Assembly: GCA_020160975.1 (NCBI GenBank)
Contig: JAIUPJ010000001.1
Coordinates: forward strand, 870,001-902,000
Direction: 5' to 3'
DNA length: 32,000 bases
Source: Candidatus Saccharimonadota bacterium
Lineage (GTDB): Bacteria > Patescibacteriota > Saccharimonadia > Saccharimonadales > Saccharimonadaceae
Shown here: one piece after another, positions 22,417 through 30,335 of the stretch
How the letters are laid out: the number at the start of each line of letters is the position of its first letter
Numbering within the stretch: position 1 is the first letter of the stretch
Program-made: the position numbers and the translations under genes
The notes under the pieces: generated by a model
Database searches by the model: none
What the model saw: the letters and a program-made list of their open reading frames with translations, nothing else
Told to the model about the DNA's origin: nothing

Positions 22417-22959
22417 ATGACAAAAATATTAGTAGTTACCGGTAGTGTACGACCAGGAAGCGCCAATGAAAAAGTCGTGCCAGTCGTGGTTGACATGCTA
22501 ACGGCAAGAAACGCAGAAGTAACCGTGGCAGATCTCAAAGAACTTAATTTGCCGTTTTTTGACGACCCGATACCACCGAGCGCGCCAGAATTTGCACCAA
22601 CGGACGAGCGAGTCGTCAAGTGGACTGGTATGGTGGCAGATGCTGATGGTGTCGTGCTGGTGACGCCTGAGTACAATCACACCATGAGCCCTGTGCAGCT
22701 GAATGCCGTCGACTGGATAGGTAAGGAATGGCAAGACAAGCCAGTCGCCCTAGTTGGCTATGGCTGGCGGAGTGGAGCGAGTCAGGCGCATGCCACAGCG
22801 CGCGAAGCATTGGCGGTGAACCTGAAGGCAAAGGTTGGCGACGACCAAGCTAACCTCTTTTTCATGAAAGAGCTCAATCCCGACGGTAGCGTGGCCGACC
22901 AAGCAGCAGTTGAAAAGAAAGTCGGTGCGGCGCTCGACGAACTGCTCGCACATAGCTAG
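22417..22959 (+). CDS. NAD(P)H-dependent FMN reductase family oxidoreductase (180 aa)
   Basis: MTKILVVTGSVRPGSANEK and LVTPEYNHTMSPVQLNAVDW. Start trimmed from the track's 22237 to ATG 22417, with SD acggaggg upstream. Confidence 0.8.
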   Translation: MTKILVVTGSVRPGSANEKVVPVVVDMLTARNAEVTVADLKELNLPFFDDPIPPSAPEFAPTDERVVKWTGMVADADGVVLVTPEYNHTMSPVQLNAVDWIGKEWQDKPVALVGYGWRSGASQAHATAREALAVNLKAKVGDDQANLFFMKELNPDGSVADQAAVEKKVGAALDELLAHS

Positions 22960-23019
22960 CGCGTTGAGAATAGTCCCTCGCGGCAAGCATCGAAATAGGC
23001 AAAGGGCATGATTAAAGAG

Positions 23020-23025
23020 TATACT
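23020..23025 (+). promoter_or_regulatory. -10 box TATACT, 7 nt upstream of the ABC exporter ATG 23033
   Basis: gagTATACTaatacagATG. Confidence 0.4.
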
Positions 23026-23032
23026 AATACAG

Positions 23033-24814
23033 ATGAAACCAATTCGAGAGATATTTCGCTATACTTCAGGTCTGCAAAAATACATGTGGGCCATCGCCGT
23101 ACTGTCGGTTGTTACGGCATTGCTTTCATTTGCTTCGCCATTTATCATAAAGTTCGCGACCGACTGGGTCGCGGAAATTATCGCAGGCAAGACGAGTTTT
23201 GATTGGAACCAGCTTGGTGTCTATGCACTATTGCTACTCGCCTCTACGATTGTTCAGTCTGTGATTAGCGATGTGAGCGGCTATATCGGTGATCAATTGT
23301 CGATTCGCACGAGGCATCAGCTTTCGACGGCTTACTACAAGCATCTACTCGCACTGCCTCAGCACTACTACGACAATGAAATTAGCGGAAAGATTATCAA
23401 CCGCCTGAGTCGCGCAATCACTGATGTAACAAGTTTCTTGCAGTTTTTTTCAAATAATCTCTTGCAGATGATGCTGACGACACTGCTGACGCTTGTTGTG
23501 ATGGCGGTGTATGGATGGCAGCTTGCCGTCGTGATGGCGCTACTCATCCCGGCAAATCTCTACCTGACGGCGCGTACCAGCACCAAGTGGCAAAAGCTCG
23601 AAAAGAAAAAAAATAGTCACTTTGATGTTGCGAGTGGGCGGTTTGCAGAAGTAATCGGTCAGATACGGCTCGTAAAGAGTTTTATTGCTGAGCCGCGCGA
23701 ATACAAGCTGTTTGACCGTGAGGTTAAGCAGATGATTGGCCTCACAGCTGAGCAGTCACGGTACTGGCATACGATGAATTTCATGCGCAACGTCGTGTTT
23801 GGTGCGCTGCAGTCGCTCAGTATCGTGGTGATTTTTTATCTGGCAGGCCATGGAAAGTTGACGGTCGGCGATATCGCTATGCTCATTATCCTTATCCAGC
23901 AGGCAAGTATGCCACTACGAGGTCTTAGTTACTTTGTCGATAGCTATCAACGAGCGATTGCCAATAGTAAAGACTTTTTGGAAGCGATGAATGAGCCGGT
24001 CGAGCCGCGTGAATCAGGTCGCAAGAGCCTCAAAGTGACGAAAGCTGAAGTTGAGTTTCGCGATGCGACTTTTAGTTATACTGGCAAAAAATCCGTACTG
24101 AGCGACGTTAGTTTCATAGTAAAACCAGGGCACAAGCTCGCGCTTGTTGGAGAGAGTGGGGGTGGCAAGACGACAATCTCAAATCTTTTGATGGGACTGT
24201 ATCCGCTCGATAGCGGCGAAATCCTGATTGATGGACAAGATATTGCGAAAGTGAAACGCCACGATGTGCGCCAAGCAATTGCAACGGTGTTTCAGGATCC
24301 AGCGCTCTTTAGCGGTACGATTCGAGAGAACATTGCATATGCTCGCCCTGATGCGAGCGATACCGATATTATGCGTGCGGCCAAGGCTGCCAACGCCGAT
24401 GAATTTATTAAGAACTTTGAAAAAGGGCTCGGGACTGAAATTGGAGAGCGAGGCGTGAAATTGAGTGGTGGCCAGAAGCAGCGTCTAGCGATTGCACGAG
24501 CAGTACTAAAGGATGCGCCAATATTGATTCTTGACGAGGCGACCAGTAGTCTCGATAGTCGCGCAGAGCATGAAGTGCAAGAAGCGCTCGATCGTTTGAT
24601 GAAAGGTCGCACGGTGCTTATCATTGCGCACCGACTCAGTACCATCGCTGGCGTCGACACTATCGTTACGCTCAAGGACGGTCGGGTGGATGAAACCGGC
24701 TCACCCGCCCAACTCGCCAAGACCGGCGGCATCTACTCACAACTTCTCGATCTCCAGATGGGTGCGACTGAGGCCGCGAAGAAGAAGTTGGCGGCGTTTG
24801 AGATTGCTGGTTAA
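23033..24814 (+). CDS. ABC transporter, fused permease/ATPase (type I exporter, MsbA/multidrug-like)
   Basis: Six-TM N-terminal domain. Walker A GESGGGKTT, signature LSGGQKQRLAIARA, Walker B ILILDEATS, H-loop IAHRL. Confidence 0.9.
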   Translation: MKPIREIFRYTSGLQKYMWAIAVLSVVTALLSFASPFIIKFATDWVAEIIAGKTSFDWNQLGVYALLLLASTIVQSVISDVSGYIGDQLSIRTRHQLSTAYYKHLLALPQHYYDNEISGKIINRLSRAITDVTSFLQFFSNNLLQMMLTTLLTLVVMAVYGWQLAVVMALLIPANLYLTARTSTKWQKLEKKKNSHFDVASGRFAEVIGQIRLVKSFIAEPREYKLFDREVKQMIGLTAEQSRYWHTMNFMRNVVFGALQSLSIVVIFYLAGHGKLTVGDIAMLIILIQQASMPLRGLSYFVDSYQRAIANSKDFLEAMNEPVEPRESGRKSLKVTKAEVEFRDATFSYTGKKSVLSDVSFIVKPGHKLALVGESGGGKTTISNLLMGLYPLDSGEILIDGQDIAKVKRHDVRQAIATVFQDPALFSGTIRENIAYARPDASDTDIMRAAKAANADEFIKNFEKGLGTEIGERGVKLSGGQKQRLAIARAVLKDAPILILDEATSSLDSRAEHEVQEALDRLMKGRTVLIIAHRLSTIAGVDTIVTLKDGRVDETGSPAQLAKTGGIYSQLLDLQMGATEAAKKKLAAFEIAG

Positions 24815-24855
24815 TCAAAAGATTATTTTGGAAAAATAAATAATAATCTCTCTCT

Positions 24856-24957
24856 TTTCTTTTGGAAAAAGAAACAAAAGACCGCTTCCTTTGCGCCAAA
24901 AGGAGTCGCTTGGTTCTTGCGAAAGAAGAACAAAGAGTTGCTTCTTGGATATAAGAA
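24856..24957. repeat. Four tandem A/T-stem dyads of the form TTCTT(T)-loop-(A)AAGAA, with a period of about 27-30 nt
   Basis: tttctttt/aaaagaaa (24856-63 / 24867-74), tccttt/aaagga (24887-92 / 24899-904), gttctt/aagaac (24913-18 / 24926-31), ttctt/aagaa (24942-46 / 24953-57). Confidence 0.8.
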
Positions 24958-25001
24958 TAAATCAGATTGATAATTTCAAAAAGATTTCAGATTTTGTCTC
25001 C

Positions 25002-25066
25002 AAAAAAGCAAACTGCCCCCGAATCACTCCGGAGGCAGCGTTGCCTGCAACGGGGTGAGCGGGGGC
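25002..25066 (-). terminator. Complex GC-clamped structure plus U-run downstream of the tautomerase-like gene
   Basis: On the minus strand: gccccc ... gggggc, then agtttgctttttt. Inner short stems are present. Confidence 0.4.
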
Positions 25067-25074
25067 TCAGGGTT

Positions 25075-25515
25075 TCACCAGTCCAAGCTCTCTCCCTTCA
25101 CGGCGCCGCACCCATAGGTGGGGCCAGGGATGAATTCGAACACAGTGCTGGAAGGTAGAAGGAGGCCGTTCTCGGTGAACCAGTCCGCGATCATTGTCTT
25201 GAAGGCCTGTTTCTGATCGATACGCACCTTCTCGGTGTCCATGCGCTCAGAGAGGCAGATGCGGAACCAGAGGTCCTCGCCGTTGACAACGTACTCATCG
25301 ATAGCACGCTGGCGAACCGAGACGCGGACACCGCCTTCTGATGTCCTGAGGTCGAGGTGGAGTGTGTCTAGACGATGCATGACCATCTTGGGCAGCTCGC
25401 GTGCCAGCCTTTCAGAGACCTTTACCGCATTCGCCATCTTTGTGATCGGTGGTGTGTCGACGATCGGGCTGATGCCGTCCAAGTTGGATGCGAGCTCGAT
25501 GTAGATGAGGGGCAT
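25075..25515 (-). CDS. Hypothetical protein, possibly tautomerase-superfamily-like (N-terminal Met-Pro, two beta-alpha-beta units), G+C-rich
   Basis: AAGGAG lies 8-9 nt upstream of the ATG, giving MPLIYIEL... (the track's GTG start at 25524 has no spacing for the SD). A second unit, LWFRICLSE...TVFEFIPG, follows. 36/60 G+C in nt 25261-25320. The family call is weak. Confidence 0.65.
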   Translation of the reverse strand: MPLIYIELASNLDGISPIVDTPPITKMANAVKVSERLARELPKMVMHRLDTLHLDLRTSEGGVRVSVRQRAIDEYVVNGEDLWFRICLSERMDTEKVRIDQKQAFKTMIADWFTENGLLLPSSTVFEFIPGPTYGCGAVKGESLDW

Positions 25516-25578
25516 TACTGCCACTCCTTTCGTGATGGGAACATGTCGCTGAGTGGGCGACAGGGTATACTCTATTTT

Positions 25579-25607
25579 ATTATATCAAATACCGGTACAT
25601 TTGTCAA
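25579..25607 (-). promoter_or_regulatory. Perfect consensus sigma70 promoter (TTGACA-17-TATAAT) on the minus strand
   Basis: The minus strand reads aTTGACAaatgtaccggtatttgaTATAAT. The -35 is plus-strand 25602-25607 and the -10 is plus-strand 25579-25584. It drives the tautomerase-like gene through a leader of about 55 nt containing the hairpin gtcgc/gcgac. Confidence 0.7.
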
Positions 25608-25647
25608 TATTTACAGCAATCTACCATAAGAGCTATGATGGAAGGTA

Positions 25648-26559
25648 ATGAAAAAGTACCGCGTGATGTTTGGGGTAGCCGCTACGATTATTATCTTGTC
25701 ATTGTTAGGGTATTTATTGGCGCGGACGGGACATTATGACATCTTGCAGCCAATGGGTGATATCGCCAAGCAGCAACGCAACTTACTGTACTTTGCATTG
25801 CTGCTTTGTGCTGTAGTGGTGGTACCGGTATTTATCATGCTCGGTAGTTTCGCGTGGAAATTCCGTGAAGGCAACAAAAAGGCGCACTACAAACCAGAAT
25901 GGAGTGAAAATAAACTCCTTGAGGTTGTGTGGTGGGGGATTCCGATCGTCATTATCAGTATCCTGGCGGTTGTTGCATGGTCTACAAGCCATTCGCTCGA
26001 CCCGTATCGTCCTATTGCCTCCAACAAAAAAGCCATTGAAGTGCAAGTTGTCGCGTTGCAGTGGAAATGGCTATTTATTTACCCAGAACTTGGCGTGGCG
26101 ACACTCAATCAATTGCCAGTACCCGTCGGAACGCCGGTGCATTTTACACTAACTGCTGATGCGCCGATGAGCGCGTTTTGGGTGCCAACGCTTGGTTCGC
26201 AAATCTACACGATGAATGGCATGAGTAGCCAGCTTTACTTGATCGCCGACCATGCGGGCGATTTCCCTGGATACACGACGAATATCAATGGCGAGGGATA
26301 TGCTGACATGAAATTCATGGTACATGCGCAACCTGAAGCAGCATTTAATTCGTGGGTTGAACGAGCTAGGGGGTCGTCGCAGATGATGGACGCTGCCGCC
26401 TACGAGACACTTGCAAAACCAGGAGTCATTACCGAAGAGCGAGAATATATGCTGATGGACGACAACTTGTATAGTAAAGTTCTAGAAAAATACATGGCAC
26501 CAAAAGACCAGCAAATGGATCACAGCTCGTCGACGATGCCGGTAATGGAGGGAATGTAA
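25648..26559 (+). CDS. cyoA: Cytochrome bo3-type ubiquinol oxidase subunit II
   Basis: Two N-terminal TM helices and a cupredoxin-like domain. ALQWKWLFIYPELGVATLNQL resembles E. coli CyoA (DWKWFFIYPEQGIATVNE). Operon context. Confidence 0.9.
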   Translation: MKKYRVMFGVAATIIILSLLGYLLARTGHYDILQPMGDIAKQQRNLLYFALLLCAVVVVPVFIMLGSFAWKFREGNKKAHYKPEWSENKLLEVVWWGIPIVIISILAVVAWSTSHSLDPYRPIASNKKAIEVQVVALQWKWLFIYPELGVATLNQLPVPVGTPVHFTLTADAPMSAFWVPTLGSQIYTMNGMSSQLYLIADHAGDFPGYTTNINGEGYADMKFMVHAQPEAAFNSWVERARGSSQMMDAAAYETLAKPGVITEEREYMLMDDNLYSKVLEKYMAPKDQQMDHSSSTMPVMEGM

Positions 26560-28514
26560 TGTTTGGTCGACTGAGCTTGGATTATCTGCCACACGAACCG
26601 GCAACTATTGGAGCAGCCGTTGCTATGCCATTGGCGCTGATCGCTATTGCTGTCGCACTGACGTACTATAAGAAATGGCGCTGGCTCTGGCGTGAGTGGC
26701 TGACATCGCTTGATGCCAAAAAAATCGGTGTCATGTATATCGTGGTGGCTATCGTAATGTTGCTTCGTGGCGTGGCGGACGCGGTGATGCTTCGTATGCA
26801 GACGGCGCTAGCGGTGGGTGATAATCCCGGGCTGTTTAGCGTAGACACATTTCAGCAGGTATTTACTGCTCACGGCACAATTATGATTTTTTTCGTGGCG
26901 ATGGGGTTGATGTTTGGGATTATCAATGTCGTCATGCCGCTACAAATTGGCGCGCGAGATGTGGCATTTCCGTGGCTAAACTCAGTCAGTTTTTGGTTGT
27001 TTGTGGCGGGGATGATTCTGGTTAACGGGGCGCTACTATTTGGTGGCTTTAGCAACGGTGGTTGGCTCGGCTATCCTCCGCTCACAGAGCTGCAGTACAA
27101 TCCCGGCCCGGGGGTTGACTACTGGATTTGGGCACTGCAAATTGCGGGCATTGGCTCGCTGCTCAGCGGTATTAATTTCACAGTGACAATCCTCAAAAAA
27201 CGCGCACCTGGCATGACGCTGATGAAAATGCCGATTTTTGTCTGGAGTGTGTTGGTGACGATGGTGTTGGTCATGATTTCATTCCCCATGCTGACGAGCG
27301 CACTCAGCCTTCTCGCACTTGACCGCACACTCGACATGCATTTCTTTACCAGCAATATGGGCGGGAACCCGATGATGTATATCAACCTTATATGGGCATG
27401 GGGACATCCCGAAGTGTATATTTTAGTCCTACCGGCATTTGGGATATATAGTGAGGTAGTAGCGACGTTCGCGCGCAAAAAATTGTTTGGCTACAAAACG
27501 ATGGTCGCTGCGTTGGTTGCGATCATGTTCTTCAGTTTTGTGGTATGGCAGCACCACTTCTTCACGATGGGAGCGGGTGCGAATGTTAATGCGTTCTTTG
27601 GCATTATGACGATGATCATCGCTATCCCGACGGGCGTCAAAATCTTTAACTGGCTCTTTACGATGTACCGTGGCCGGATTCGTTTCACCGCGCCGTTTGT
27701 CTGGTTTATGTGTTTTGTCGTGACCTTTACGATTGGTGGAGTGACGGGCGTATTGATGGCAGTGCCAGCGCTTGACTTCCAAATTCATAACAGCATGTTC
27801 TTGGTGGCGCACTTCCATAATGTGATTATTGGCGGCGTAGTCTTTGGTTATCTCGCAGGAATTACCTATTGGTTTCCAAAAGTACTCGGGTTTCGTTTGC
27901 ATGACCGCCTGGGGCGCTGGTCAGCCTATGCTTGGCAGGTGGGGTTTTTGTTGGCATTTCTGCCGCTCTACGCGCTGGGCCTAATGGGCGCGGTGCGGCG
28001 GATCGATCACTACACTGACCCGAGCTGGCAGCCGTTCTTTATTGTGTCGGCTGTCGGTGTGCTGACGATCGCACTGGGTATTGGCTTGTTTGTATTGCAG
28101 ATCGGAGTGAGTGTGTGGCAACGTAAGAAGCTGCGTGATACAAATGGCGATCCCTGGGACGGCCGTACATTGGAGTGGTCGGTGCCATCGCCTGCGCCCC
28201 ACTATAACTTTGCAATCCAGCCAACAGTGAGCCGGATTGATGAATGGTGGTACCAGAAAAAAGATGGCGTGGCACGACCTACTCGAAACGACTACAAAGA
28301 CATTGTTCTGCCGAAAAATAGTGGGCTAGGAGTGGCGATCGGTCTGTTGTGCTTTGTATTTGGCGGCGCAGTGATTTGGCACCTATGGTGGCTCGCGGCG
28401 TTAGCATTTGTCGGTGTGATCGTGGTGATACTGGTGCGAACCTTTGATGAAAATACTGAGTATACGATGACAGCTGAAAAGCTGTACCAAGAGGCGAAGG
28501 AGGCGCGGGTATGA
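26559..28514 (+). CDS. cyoB: Cytochrome bo3-type ubiquinol oxidase subunit I
   Basis: Long runs match E. coli CyoB as I recall it: MFG.LSLD, EWLTS.D.K..G.MYI.VAIVMLLRG, YINLIWAWGHPEVYIL, HHFFTMGAGANVNAFFGI.TMIIAIPTGVKIFNWLFTMY.GRI, HFHNVIIGGVVFG. Confidence 0.97.
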   Translation: MFGRLSLDYLPHEPATIGAAVAMPLALIAIAVALTYYKKWRWLWREWLTSLDAKKIGVMYIVVAIVMLLRGVADAVMLRMQTALAVGDNPGLFSVDTFQQVFTAHGTIMIFFVAMGLMFGIINVVMPLQIGARDVAFPWLNSVSFWLFVAGMILVNGALLFGGFSNGGWLGYPPLTELQYNPGPGVDYWIWALQIAGIGSLLSGINFTVTILKKRAPGMTLMKMPIFVWSVLVTMVLVMISFPMLTSALSLLALDRTLDMHFFTSNMGGNPMMYINLIWAWGHPEVYILVLPAFGIYSEVVATFARKKLFGYKTMVAALVAIMFFSFVVWQHHFFTMGAGANVNAFFGIMTMIIAIPTGVKIFNWLFTMYRGRIRFTAPFVWFMCFVVTFTIGGVTGVLMAVPALDFQIHNSMFLVAHFHNVIIGGVVFGYLAGITYWFPKVLGFRLHDRLGRWSAYAWQVGFLLAFLPLYALGLMGAVRRIDHYTDPSWQPFFIVSAVGVLTIALGIGLFVLQIGVSVWQRKKLRDTNGDPWDGRTLEWSVPSPAPHYNFAIQPTVSRIDEWWYQKKDGVARPTRNDYKDIVLPKNSGLGVAIGLLCFVFGGAVIWHLWWLAALAFVGVIVVILVRTFDENTEYTMTAEKLYQEAKEARV

Positions 28515-29086
28515 TCAGAACGAAAGAGCAAGAAAGTGCCCCGATGCTAGGATTTTGGTTGTACCTGATGACAGATTTGATGCTATTTGCTACGGTATTT
28601 GCAACCTTTATGGTGTTGCGGCACGCTACAGCAGGCGGGCCAAGCGCGCCAGAACTATTCTCCATGAAAACGGTGCTGACTGAAACAATGATATTGCTAG
28701 CAAGTAGCTTGTTCTGCGGTCTGGCATGGCTGGCACTTCGTCACAAAAAACGCACAGATTTCTTGATGTATAGCATCGCGACATTGCTGGCTGGCGCAGT
28801 GTTTTTGGCAATCGAGATCCAAGAGTTTGCTCAGCTTGTGCATGAAGGATTCGGGCCAAGCACGAGCGCGTTTTTGAGTAGCTTTTTCACACTTGTTGGT
28901 ATGCATGGATTTCACATTGCGATTGGATTACTATGGGGGATAGCACTGTTGATTATGTTTGCGAAAAAGGGTTTCGGGTCGTCGCTCGCAAGAAAGTTTG
29001 CGCTGTTTGCGGTATTTTGGCATTTTCTTGATATTGTCTGGATATTCATTTTCACCATTGTGTATGTTATAGGAGTGCACGCATGA
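28511..29086 (+). CDS. cyoC: Cytochrome bo3-type ubiquinol oxidase subunit III
   Basis: Five-TM protein with LGFWLYLMTDLMLFATVFATF and FWHFLDIVWIFIFT motifs. ATGA overlap with cyoB. Confidence 0.9.
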   Translation: MIRTKEQESAPMLGFWLYLMTDLMLFATVFATFMVLRHATAGGPSAPELFSMKTVLTETMILLASSLFCGLAWLALRHKKRTDFLMYSIATLLAGAVFLAIEIQEFAQLVHEGFGPSTSAFLSSFFTLVGMHGFHIAIGLLWGIALLIMFAKKGFGSSLARKFALFAVFWHFLDIVWIFIFTIVYVIGVHA

Positions 29087-29448
29087 GCGCCATTGACGAC
29101 TATCGCAAAGAAACGATCCGATATATTGTTGGTGCCGTGGCAGCAGCAGTCCTGACATATGTGGTGTATATGGTTGCTGTCGAACAACGGCTCGAGGCCG
29201 TGTGGCTGGCGGTAGTTGCGCTGGGCCTAGCGATGGTGCAGCTGTTAGTGCAAATGGTGAGCTTTCTCCACCTGGGAAATGAAACCAAGCCGCGCTGGAA
29301 AGCGCAGAGCTTTGTTTTTGCTTTCCTCATGGCGACGGTGATTATGGTGGGGTCTATTTGGATCATGGCGAACCTCGACTACAATATGGGCATGTCGCCG
29401 CAGCAAATGGATGAGTACATGATAAAACAAAACAAAAAAGGCTTTTAA
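29083..29448 (+). CDS. cyoD: Cytochrome bo3-type ubiquinol oxidase subunit IV
   Basis: Three-TM small subunit at the conserved operon position. VQLLVQMVSFLHL resembles CyoD. ATGA overlap with cyoC. Confidence 0.8.
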   Translation: MSAIDDYRKETIRYIVGAVAAAVLTYVVYMVAVEQRLEAVWLAVVALGLAMVQLLVQMVSFLHLGNETKPRWKAQSFVFAFLMATVIMVGSIWIMANLDYNMGMSPQQMDEYMIKQNKKGF

Positions 29449-30309
29449 ATGGTTTCAGCTCGGACGTATTATCGACTGACAAAGCCGGGTATTGTATATG
29501 GAAATGTGTTCCATGCTGCCGTTGGCGTGCTATTGGCGCACGCCTCGGGACTGACGCTTCTGTGGTCGGGCGGCGGGCTAATTCTGGGTATTACCGCTGT
29601 CATTGCATCGGCATGTGTTGCAAATAATATCATGGATCGTCGTATCGACAGCAAAATGGCCCGCACCAAGAAGCGGGCGATGGTTATTGGTCAAATTGAG
29701 ACACCATCAGCAGTACTATTCGCGCTGATACTTTTGACGGTTGGCGTGACGGTGCTCGTGCGCACGACAAATTTTCTCACTGTTATTCTTTGTCTCGTGG
29801 CATACATTTGGTATGTATGGATTTACGGTTGGGCAAAACGCACCACCTGGTGGTCAACGGTAATTGGCACCGTGCCAGGGGCAATCCCCATTATGGCCGG
29901 CTATACCGCGGTGACCAACCATCTGGATGCTAGTGCATGGTTGCTCTTTGCGATGCTGGTACTATGGCAATTGCCTCATTTTTATGCAATCGCGCTGTAC
30001 CGCGAAAAAGAATACCGAGCAGCCAAACTGCCTATTATTTCCGTCTCGCTCGGCAGGCACCAGACATGGCGCCAGATGGCTGTGTACGGTACGCTGTATG
30101 TTCTGTCACTCGTTGGGCTGGTGATTGCACAAACATTTGCATTGATTCCGGGGCTGATCGTTTTGGCTGCTGGGGCCTACTGGTTGGTAATTATTTTTCG
30201 CGGTCGCACCCAGGTGAGTGACACATGGGCACGTCATGTGTTTAGGCTGTCGCTCCTTTTGACGATCGTACTTTTTGTGGCAAGTAGCATCACCGTTGTA
30301 ATATCATAA
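29449..30309 (+). CDS. cyoE: Protoheme IX farnesyltransferase (heme O synthase)
   Basis: UbiA-family motif NNIMDRRIDSKMARTKKRAMV, polytopic, operon position. Confidence 0.9.
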   Translation: MVSARTYYRLTKPGIVYGNVFHAAVGVLLAHASGLTLLWSGGGLILGITAVIASACVANNIMDRRIDSKMARTKKRAMVIGQIETPSAVLFALILLTVGVTVLVRTTNFLTVILCLVAYIWYVWIYGWAKRTTWWSTVIGTVPGAIPIMAGYTAVTNHLDASAWLLFAMLVLWQLPHFYAIALYREKEYRAAKLPIISVSLGRHQTWRQMAVYGTLYVLSLVGLVIAQTFALIPGLIVLAAGAYWLVIIFRGRTQVSDTWARHVFRLSLLLTIVLFVASSITVVIS

Positions 30310-30335
30310 GCGGTATCTTACAATAGGGGAAGTTT

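Noticed and set aside
4774-25524. Longer N-terminal extensions given by the ORF track (rnc GTG 4774, TTG 8429, 12270, 15432, 22237, GTG 25524)
   Set aside because: Each extension either overlaps the upstream gene in another frame or lacks an SD or promoter. A downstream ATG or GTG with a proper SD or -10 box gives a product that starts at the conserved N-terminus.
26666-28665. Multiple minus-strand ORFs (up to 157 aa) inside cyoB and cyoC
   Set aside because: They lie antisense to highly conserved oxidase genes. Their translations are low-complexity or His/Arg-rich with no start signals.
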